From: Tortispora ganteri
Lineage: Eukaryota
Length of the DNA: 64,000 bases
Direction: 5' to 3'
Assembly (NCBI GenBank): GCA_003707115.1
Contig: PPNB01000005.1
Span: 1 to 64,000, forward strand
Shown here: one piece after another, positions 56,263 to 64,000 of the stretch
Layout: each line of letters begins with the position of its first letter
Numbering within the stretch: the first letter of the stretch is position 1
Notes under the pieces: generated by a model
Told to the model about the DNA's origin: nothing
Database searches by the model: none
The model's input: the letters and a program-made list of their open reading frames with translations, nothing else
Position numbers and translations under genes: made by a program

Positions 56263-56946
56263 ATGCTTCGCAATCCATTGAGAATGATTATACTTGGTGC
56301 GCCAGGTGCAGGCAAAGGCACGCAAACCGAAAGGTTGTTGAAGAAAGTAGGACCTAGTTTGACAGCGATGTCATCGGGTGATTTGCTTCGCAGTAACATT
56401 GCGGCAAAGACCCCCATAGGTTTGGAGGCACAGGAAATAATAAAAGCCGGAAAGTTAGTACCTGATAAGACGATGATTAGCCTGATAACAACTGAATTGG
56501 AGAGGAACAATTGGCTAAACTCGAAGGCTTCGTGGCTACTTGACGGGTTTCCACGCACCAAGTCTCAAGCAGAGGCATTGGATTCGACGCTATCGAATCA
56601 CGACTGCGCTGTCAACTTTGTAGTTGATCTTGTTGTACCAGAACGTGTTATACTTGACCGAATAGAGAATCGCTGGGTTCATGTGCCATCTGGTCGAGTG
56701 TATAATCTGACCTACAACCCGCCGAAAGTGCCTGGAAAGGACGACGTAACCGGTGAACCACTATCGAAGCGAGCCGACGATGATGCCGAAACCTTCAAAA
56801 AGCGTTTAGACGCATTCAGAGAAACAACAGAGCCACTGAAAGAATATTACCGCAGTAGGGGTGACGTGTTCTGGGAAGTTCATGGCGAGACGTCAGACGA
56901 GATATATCCTCAGCTAGAGAAGGAAATTATCCGCAGATTTGGCTGA
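56263..56946 (+). CDS. ADK2: Mitochondrial GTP:AMP phosphotransferase (AK3 type)
   Basis: GAPGAGKGTQ, SSGDLLR, WLLDGFPRT, lid RWVHVPSGRVYNL.YNPPK. Confidence 0.93.
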   Translation: MLRNPLRMIILGAPGAGKGTQTERLLKKVGPSLTAMSSGDLLRSNIAAKTPIGLEAQEIIKAGKLVPDKTMISLITTELERNNWLNSKASWLLDGFPRTKSQAEALDSTLSNHDCAVNFVVDLVVPERVILDRIENRWVHVPSGRVYNLTYNPPKVPGKDDVTGEPLSKRADDDAETFKKRLDAFRETTEPLKEYYRSRGDVFWEVHGETSDEIYPQLEKEIIRRFG

Positions 56947-57289
56947 TGCCCTCTGTACAGACAACGAGCACTTGGAACAAAAATAAGCAGTGATGAATTT
57001 TTGCTTTGATGTAGTTAAATGACATGTTGTTTAGCAAAATTATCGATAATAAGATCAGAATAGCCCCTTGCTTTACCTGATTGCACCTCTTCTGATTGAC
57101 TTTCACATTCAGTAGGCCCTCCCCTCCCTTTCTTTTCTTCTCACCTCACCACTACCCGCCTATTATATCTGCAAAACCTCTGCCGCGCTGTATGGGCCTG
57201 GAATTTAATACACGAATATCATAGTATTTAGCAAACTAAGTAAATTTCATCTAAGACAATCAATAAGGTGCCACCTCACGTCTCTCTGG

Positions 57290-60200
57290 ATGCCTGTTAC
57301 GAAGCCAAAGAAGTCGGAGCCTTTGAATCCTTTAACGGGAAGCGAAAACTCCCCAGATCAAAAGCGACGGTCTAGTCGTAGAACAGCTCCCAGAGTTAAT
57401 TATAGCGAGGATCAGCCTATATCAGAGCAAGAGCAGGGGCCAACTGCGAAACGCTCTTCACCGCCGACTACTCTCAACGGACGATCCAAAAGACTGAAAA
57501 AGGACCATGACGCTTCTTCCGACAATGACTCCTCCGCAACTCCCCCCTATATTAGTACTGTTAATCATGAAATTGAGACTATTATAGATCTTACTGATGC
57601 CACTATCAAAGACGGTTCGCTATACTTAGCCGACGGTTCCGTCTACTCTCCAGGTGATCACATCTACCTGATATGCGAACCCCCGGGCGAGCCATACTAT
57701 ATATCTCGGCTAATGGAATTTGTGCTTAAGGATGACATAAGATCTGCAAGTCCTACCGCTAAACAGAGAGCTGACCCAAAAAATTACAAAGTGCGCGTGA
57801 ACTGGTTCTACAGGCCTAGAGATATATCCAAACCTGCGTCGGATTCCCGTATGCTCATAGTCACTATGCATTCAGATGTTTGTCCAATTCAAAGTATTAG
57901 AGGCCACTGCACCGTTAAGCACAAAGCATTTATTGAAAACATGCACGAATACCGTCAGAAATCAAATCATTTTTGGTTTGACCAGCTTTACGACAGGTAC
58001 ATCCAGCGGTTTTACGAAATGGTGCCCGTATCTAGTCTTCTAAATCTGCCGGAGTTTGTCCGAAACAAACTAAAACAACGTGTATCATACGTTGCTCTTG
58101 AAACTACTCGCGCAAAAGAGCTGTGTTCAGCCCCTAACTCATGCACACGCTGCAGCCAATGGTGTTCAGTAGATGAATCCGTCGAATGCGCTACCTGTGG
58201 GAAATACTACCACATGCAATGTCTCAGACCTCCTTTACTAAAGAAGCCGACTAGAGGGTTTGGATGGGCTTGTGCATCTTGTAGCCGCCAGCAAGAGAGA
58301 AAAACGAGAGAATATAACGGTGCGGCGACTGACGATCTCGACGAACTGGATTTGCTCGAAGCAAAGAACGATGCAGAGAATCCTCCAACCCCTTTCAAGT
58401 CATCTCTAGAACTTGCATTTGAAAACATCGATGACTTACCTGAAACACCAGAGCAAAAGCGTCAAAGAAAGCTGTGGCCATATCGTTACTTGGGTATTAA
58501 TTGCAGGATAGAAGATGTGCTTGATCGCGACGACCACATATATCCCAGAGCCGTATCAAGAATAGGAGCTCGCTTTCAGTGTGATACACCGGAATGGCAT
58601 GGTGCCCCAGTAAAATACACTGGTCCATCTCCTTCACAAAAGTCCGCTGGTAACAAGAAGAATACGGGCACCGCATCCCAAGCCAAATTTGAGCCGCATC
58701 TGGTAAAACTTGAAGAGGGTGAATTCTGGGTTGAGCCTACTCCTAGTGGATATGTGGAACGAGGTGAAGATCAAACATCTACATTACTGTGGAAAAATCC
58801 TGAAAAACTACCTGCGACAATTGCTGACGATTTCCTGCAGAAGATGGCAGTATACGCCAAGAAGTTGAAAATGAGCCCTAGAACACCTAATTTTATGGAT
58901 GCATGCTTATGTGCCCTATTAAAATCCGACTATGACCCTATAGAGGCTGAAAAGAAAGTGAGCAAATTTACCAGAAAATATCTTAGAGAACCTACGCTCT
59001 CAGCCGCAGAAGTTCAACAGTTTGAAGACGCAGTTAGAGAGTATGGTTCTGAGCTTTACAACGTATCTCAAAAAGTTCCAACCAAAAAGACATGGGAGAT
59101 TGTACGCTACTATTATATGTGGAAGAAAACGAAGAACGGTGCAGAAATATGGGGAAAATTTCCTGGTAGGAAAGGTGGAAACAATCCTAAGTTCAAATCC
59201 ACTGTGAAAACTATCGAGGAAGAACTGGTGGATTCTGGGGACGATTCGGCATATGACAACGAGAAGATTAAGTCGAAGAAAAAGCCTATGCGCTGCCAAT
59301 TCTGCAATACCCAAAGCTCTGGAATATGGAGAAGAGCCCCAGGGTCGAACAATTGCGATACCTCTAGCGTATCTGCACTATGTCTGCGCTGTGCGAGACT
59401 CTGGAGAAGATACGCTGTCAAATGGGAGCCTCCTGAGGAGATAGAAAGAAAGTTTTTGCTGAAGAATGGTCAGCCACAAAAGAGATTAGTCGAGCAAGAA
59501 CTGCTTGATGATTACAGACTCAACCTCGGCAAGACATCCAGTCAAGATGTTTCAGTCGAGCCAAGCGAGCCTTCTGATGCTAAGGCGAAGCCAAAGGCGA
59601 AAAGCAAGGAGCTTAAAGAGGCCAATTTCGTGAAAGAAGAATCGCCAGCAGTGAAGGTACCTACTGTTTTCTGCGATATATGTGGGGGCAGCGTTACAGC
59701 TTCCTCTCGAGCTGTGTGCGACACCTGTGGCATTATAGTCCACAACGAATGCTATGGCATAATGGAAAATGACATCAACAAGGTATGGCGATGCGATCCA
59801 TGCACAGATAGCGTGAAAAATGAGAGATCGATGTTCCACGACTGTGTTCTATGTCCTCCCCACATGAAACGAGTCAAAGGCCCGCTCAAAGGGACGCTCG
59901 GATCGAACTGGGTTCACGCTAGATGCGCAATTTTTGTGCCTGAAGTGACATTTACTCACTCAGAGACTACAGAAATTGCAGCTGGGATCACGCAAATACC
60001 CTCATCGAGATTCAAAAAGACATGTCAGATATGTTCAACTAGCGGTGGAGCGTGTGTTGCATGCACTGACTGCAGCGTCCATGTACACGTGCAATGTGCA
60101 GCGAAGTCCAACGGTTACAAGCTAGCACTGGAGTTTCAACCTGTAAAGGCATCTAGACGAGCTACGACACCGACAATTGAGGTGGGAGGCAAGAGTGGCA

Positions 60201-60550
60201 TGATCACCGCGAGTGTGTGGTGTCCGGCGCACAAGCCAAAGAAAGGGCAGTTTATCCCTTTGCATTCAGAGGTAGGGAAAAACAAGAACATATTCAGGGA
60301 GTTCTGCAAGACATATAAGCGGTCCTATGACAATCTAAAGGGTACCTCACGGTTAGCACACGAGTTGAATGTGGCATTGCATAGGACTAAACCGGTGAGG
60401 AAACCTACACATTCGCGGTACTCTGGCGTATCCGAGAACCAGTGCTGCAGTGCTTGCGGCTGTAGATCTACCCCTATATGGTGGCCATCTGTAGATAGTG
60501 GTGTTTTATGTCACCGCTGCTACTGGCGGACTGTGGAAAGTAATAATTAA
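57290..60550 (+). CDS. SNT2: Chromatin protein with BAH, PHD, ELM2/SANT and ePHD domains
   Basis: EPPGEPYYI.R, VNWFYRPRDI (BAH); HMQCL.PPL.KKP.RGFGWAC (PHD); VRYYY.WKK (SANT); further PHD and GATA-like fingers. Confidence 0.92.
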   Translation: MPVTKPKKSEPLNPLTGSENSPDQKRRSSRRTAPRVNYSEDQPISEQEQGPTAKRSSPPTTLNGRSKRLKKDHDASSDNDSSATPPYISTVNHEIETIIDLTDATIKDGSLYLADGSVYSPGDHIYLICEPPGEPYYISRLMEFVLKDDIRSASPTAKQRADPKNYKVRVNWFYRPRDISKPASDSRMLIVTMHSDVCPIQSIRGHCTVKHKAFIENMHEYRQKSNHFWFDQLYDRYIQRFYEMVPVSSLLNLPEFVRNKLKQRVSYVALETTRAKELCSAPNSCTRCSQWCSVDESVECATCGKYYHMQCLRPPLLKKPTRGFGWACASCSRQQERKTREYNGAATDDLDELDLLEAKNDAENPPTPFKSSLELAFENIDDLPETPEQKRQRKLWPYRYLGINCRIEDVLDRDDHIYPRAVSRIGARFQCDTPEWHGAPVKYTGPSPSQKSAGNKKNTGTASQAKFEPHLVKLEEGEFWVEPTPSGYVERGEDQTSTLLWKNPEKLPATIADDFLQKMAVYAKKLKMSPRTPNFMDACLCALLKSDYDPIEAEKKVSKFTRKYLREPTLSAAEVQQFEDAVREYGSELYNVSQKVPTKKTWEIVRYYYMWKKTKNGAEIWGKFPGRKGGNNPKFKSTVKTIEEELVDSGDDSAYDNEKIKSKKKPMRCQFCNTQSSGIWRRAPGSNNCDTSSVSALCLRCARLWRRYAVKWEPPEEIERKFLLKNGQPQKRLVEQELLDDYRLNLGKTSSQDVSVEPSEPSDAKAKPKAKSKELKEANFVKEESPAVKVPTVFCDICGGSVTASSRAVCDTCGIIVHNECYGIMENDINKVWRCDPCTDSVKNERSMFHDCVLCPPHMKRVKGPLKGTLGSNWVHARCAIFVPEVTFTHSETTEIAAGITQIPSSRFKKTCQICSTSGGACVACTDCSVHVHVQCAAKSNGYKLALEFQPVKASRRATTPTIEVGGKSGMITASVWCPAHKPKKGQFIPLHSEVGKNKNIFREFCKTYKRSYDNLKGTSRLAHELNVALHRTKPVRKPTHSRYSGVSENQCCSACGCRSTPIWWPSVDSGVLCHRCYWRTVESNN

Positions 60551-60644
60551 TGACGACGTTTCATCATAAGTAGTAATTGGCGGTGGGCGGAGTTTAAAGG
60601 CGGGAGGAACAAGAGATTTGGGGGTCACATATCGCTTAACACTT

Positions 60645-61703
60645 ATGTCTCAAGGAATCACGTATTACATTCAAGACGCCATTTCTGCGATATGCGCGTG
60701 TATATCGTGCTTTCCTAAACCTATTGTTAAGATAAATGGTCAACAGTTCGTAATAGAGAGGCTTCTGGGTGAAGGGGGTTTCTCGTTCGTGTACCTGGTG
60801 CGATCAGCTGCAGGCGAACTCTACGCCTTGAAGAAGATCCGCTGCTCTTTCGGCGCTGAAAGCATACAAACTGCCATGAAAGAGATTGAAGCGTACAAAC
60901 AGTTCAATAGTAGAGAGGTAATAAGAGCGATTGATTCTGCTGTGCTACAGGAGCGAGATGGCTCTAAGACGGTGTACATTCTGCTTCCATTTTATGCTAA
61001 GGGTAACCTCCAGGATCTAATCACCAATCACATAATAAATGCCACACACTTTGAGGAGCGCGAAATATTACAAATGACTTATGGAATCTGTAAGGGCTTA
61101 CGAGCGATGCATGAATACAGCTTTAGAAATGTGCCGCAGCCAGGTGCACCAAGTACGATGATCTTCACGGAGGACGATCCGCTAATGGAAGAAGGCGACG
61201 AGGATTCAGAGTATCCACGCGAAAGCAATACTACAAACTACGCACATTTTGACTTGAAACCGGGCAATGTCATGATATCTCCAGATGGTGAAATGGTTAT
61301 AGCCGACTTAGGCTCGTGTAGAAAAGCGGGAATCAGAATCTCGACGCGCAAACAGGCATTAGAAATGCAAGATTTCTTTGCAGAGCATGCAACTATGCCT
61401 TACAGGGCACCAGAACTTTTCGATATAAAAACTAACACGTTAATTACCGAGAAAGTCGACATTTGGAGTCTCGGATGCACTATATTCACGCTAATGTACC
61501 TGAACTCCCCCTTTGAAATGCAGGTAGCAGCTAGTGGTGCCAGTCTGAGCCTAGCAATAACAACGGGAAAGTACACTTTCCCCGATTTACCATTGTATAG
61601 TGACGATCTGAAGCTATTAGTGAAAGATTGCCTGAACTTGGACCCCGTCAAGAGGCCTTCGGCAAAAGATATCATTGAGCGGCTAGATGTGATTCAGACT
61701 TAA
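60645..61703 (+). CDS. ENV7: NAK-family Ser/Thr kinase (Env7/STK16)
   Basis: N-terminal Cys cluster, LLGEGGFSFVYLV, YALKKIRC, DLGSC, TMPYRAPELFD.K. Confidence 0.9.
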   Translation: MSQGITYYIQDAISAICACISCFPKPIVKINGQQFVIERLLGEGGFSFVYLVRSAAGELYALKKIRCSFGAESIQTAMKEIEAYKQFNSREVIRAIDSAVLQERDGSKTVYILLPFYAKGNLQDLITNHIINATHFEEREILQMTYGICKGLRAMHEYSFRNVPQPGAPSTMIFTEDDPLMEEGDEDSEYPRESNTTNYAHFDLKPGNVMISPDGEMVIADLGSCRKAGIRISTRKQALEMQDFFAEHATMPYRAPELFDIKTNTLITEKVDIWSLGCTIFTLMYLNSPFEMQVAASGASLSLAITTGKYTFPDLPLYSDDLKLLVKDCLNLDPVKRPSAKDIIERLDVIQT

Positions 61704-61803
61704 GCTGACTTGAAGAAACGAGTTCGTGCCAGACAGAGAAATATTTAAAGCATGATAGCTACATAAACAGCTGTCTACCTTCTATCATTGCACATAAGAA
61801 TAC

Positions 61804-62994
61804 TTAAACGTCCTTTTTGGACCCCAACCGACGACGTCCTTCGAATATCAGACGGTCAGCGGTAGCTGCTACAGCCAAAACGCCGCCGATGGAAGCGCAA
61901 GCAGAGGATAAGAAACCTAGGAATGTCTTTTTACGCTGCTCTGTATGGACTACGCGCATGGCAGAGATATCGTAGACGAAGAAGACACCTGGAGAACCTC
62001 CACGCATGTGATAAGTATTTGGATGGTCGTGGTCACGGCCACCTTCGAGACCTCTCTCATGGGCGGTAACAGCATATTGATTTGTAGAGATTGGATTTCC
62101 TTTCAGTGGTGTGAATTCAGTTGATATTACTTTGACGAAGTAGGAGTAGGCGGTGAAAGGGTCGTCGGCATGAGCGATTGCACCATCAAGAGGATTTAGG
62201 ACCATCTGAGAACCGACTATATCAGGGTTAACTTCAGGGCCAAAATGCAAGGCATGGATAGTGTGAGATACGGTATACTCACCTTTATGTTTTGCGTACT
62301 GGGAAAGGTCATGAGCATGCTGGCCGGAGTAGACGCTTGTTTCGCCTGGAACGAAATGAAAGTTCCCTTTTACTTTTTTGACAAGGATATTTCCAGCCAT
62401 GTTACAGCCACCGGTATTAGCAAAACGGTTTTTTTCTGGATACTTTTCACGAACACATTGTTCGAACTCTGAACCGTCCTCGAACTGCCACTTCCGCTTA
62501 TTGTATCTATCTATAACTTCTTGACAAGTATTGCAACAGTCATTTTCACCAGACTCAGTGCCATAGCAGGGGCCGCAGTAGTTTTCTGGAAGCGGTTCGA
62601 CGTCTTTTTCGAGCATTGCAATTCTTGCGGCCTCTTCGGCGACCGTTTCGACCGAGGTAGGGTTACCTTGAGCGTCGAGTCGTGTTTTTAAGAGATTATC
62701 GGTGAGTCCAGTGCGCACGTCGCCAGTGACGTCGATAATGTCAAGGGATATCATACCGCAAGGAATAGTAGGAAATGATATATTAATATATATTGACATA
62801 TCTTCACCTCTGAGGGTGTCGACGACTAGTTGCGGCTTATACTCTGTTGAGGTGTACTCCTTCCATTCCGAGAACGTGAGCACAATCATGATTAATATGG
62901 AAACCAAGGTAATCATTCCACCGGATGTAGTTCGCACCCTCGCATCTTCGGCAGTTTTAACAAAAAGATCATAAGCTCTGAGAGGACTTGTCAT
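61804..62994 (-). CDS. ERV46: ER-Golgi cargo receptor subunit
   Basis: D.F.KT.ED.RVRT.SGG, YCGPCYG...CCNTC, GNFHF.PG, PGVFF.YDIS.M, two TM segments, C-terminal KKDV. Confidence 0.93.
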   Translation of the reverse strand: MTSPLRAYDLFVKTAEDARVRTTSGGMITLVSILIMIVLTFSEWKEYTSTEYKPQLVVDTLRGEDMSIYINISFPTIPCGMISLDIIDVTGDVRTGLTDNLLKTRLDAQGNPTSVETVAEEAARIAMLEKDVEPLPENYCGPCYGTESGENDCCNTCQEVIDRYNKRKWQFEDGSEFEQCVREKYPEKNRFANTGGCNMAGNILVKKVKGNFHFVPGETSVYSGQHAHDLSQYAKHKGEYTVSHTIHALHFGPEVNPDIVGSQMVLNPLDGAIAHADDPFTAYSYFVKVISTEFTPLKGNPISTNQYAVTAHERGLEGGRDHDHPNTYHMRGGSPGVFFVYDISAMRVVHTEQRKKTFLGFLSSACASIGGVLAVAATADRLIFEGRRRLGSKKDV

Positions 62995-63102
62995 GGTTGC
63001 TCGAGGTAGATGGTAAATGTAGCGCGGTGCTTGGGATAAAGGGGTATTTGGTCTACGTGATTAATGATCATATTCCATTCATTTATTCATTTAAAATCAT
63101 TA

Positions 63103-64000
63103 TCATATCATCTTTAATCGTAATTTCCAATCATTATACAAATCAGGCGAAATATCTGCAGAATAAGCAATCGATAATGCCCACATAATATCCTGACTAG
63201 ATAAATCGCCAATTCGTGTCTGTCGTGTAAAAATAGCATCCACAAATGGTTCTCCAAATTCCTTTTGATTCAAACTGTAAAACGAACTTACCGCTGCAAC
63301 TATGTCCCTAAAAGTACTAGCGCTCACTTTCACGTCTTCAATCATTGCACAAATAGCTTCCAGTATCAGCTCGTAACGCACCAACTTTTTGTGTTTCCGT
63401 GCATGCTTCTTATTGTAATGAATGCACTGTTCTAGAGCTTTAAGTGACAAGTCTCTTTCTATCATTTCATGCATCAACCTTTGAATACAATTATCTGCGC
63501 CAAAATTGTGTACCATATTCCACGCCATACCAAAATCGGCCTTATCAATAAACCTATCACAGTATTGTCGGCTCATCCATACTGGTGGGTTCTTCGAATG
63601 CTCAAACAAAACATGCAAACTCTTCAGTCCTATGCCATAGTAAGAGTTATGCTCAAAAAGAGCCCCAATACCGTTGCTCGTATACACGCTGCGTTTCCCG
63701 ATCTTAGTGGAACACAGACAGTATATAACGTAACATAAGAACCCAAACTCTTCGGCAACCTGTAATTCAGCATCGCTATTCAAAACAGTAGAGTATAACT
63801 GGTCATAGTAGCCTTGTAAAACCTGGTAAGAAATGTGTGTTTCACCTATACGCGCCAGTTCCACGACGGCGACGCTTCGTTCCTGCCGCGGAAGGCTATG
63901 GCGGAGCGCAGAAACTAGGTGTTGAATAGTACTACGACTCTCATTCATGAGCAGGCTATTCTGTTTAGCATGAATAACACACTTAACAACGTTCTTATAC
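63103..64000 (-). CDS. Hypothetical helical protein, probably 5'-truncated by the window edge
   Basis: The 281-aa ORF has no in-frame stop between its ATG (63948) and position 64000; family not recognised. Confidence 0.6.
   Translation of the reverse strand, partial: YKNVVKCVIHAKQNSLLMNESRSTIQHLVSALRHSLPRQERSVAVVELARIGETHISYQVLQGYYDQLYSTVLNSDAELQVAEEFGFLCYVIYCLCSTKIGKRSVYTSNGIGALFEHNSYYGIGLKSLHVLFEHSKNPPVWMSRQYCDRFIDKADFGMAWNMVHNFGADNCIQRLMHEMIERDLSLKALEQCIHYNKKHARKHKKLVRYELILEAICAMIEDVKVSASTFRDIVAAVSSFYSLNQKEFGEPFVDAIFTRQTRIGDLSSQDIMWALSIAYSADISPDLYNDWKLRLKMI

Overview
Gene-dense, intron-poor fungal DNA, most likely from an early-diverging budding yeast (inference from gene content: complex I genes, dynactin p62, PEX20, RMT3; GTAAGT introns; CTG read as Leu). 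From about 3 kb to the right edge lie about 35 mostly housekeeping genes (TOP3, PEX13, ILS1, GPI8, DAL2, TFC8-like, HYM1, LTE1, RMT3, SEC18, IRE1, PEX20, SMY2/GIGYF, RPN4, H4-H3, NAF1, ALG9, RAV1, MIM2, SFI1, ADK2, SNT2, ENV7, ERV46). Two short first exons missed by the ORF track were reconstructed (PEX13, SMY2/GIGYF). Main leads: (1) a divergent H3-H4 pair in which both proteins are altered at nearly invariant residues of the H3K79 surface (H3 F78R/T80V/D81E; H4 V70I/T71F/E74D, plus K59R), with a repeated CCATCAAC motif in the shared promoter and downstream of H3; (2) a gene-free first 2.4 kb bounded by a ~190-bp direct repeat and holding a 47-bp-phased array of CCAAT boxes paired with telomere-like TAACCT motifs; (3) GPI8 ends without its usual membrane anchor, but a TM-like segment is encoded in frame just after its TGA. 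No tRNA, rRNA, CRISPR array or transposase was recognised. Gene calls rest on motif recognition by eye, not database searches.
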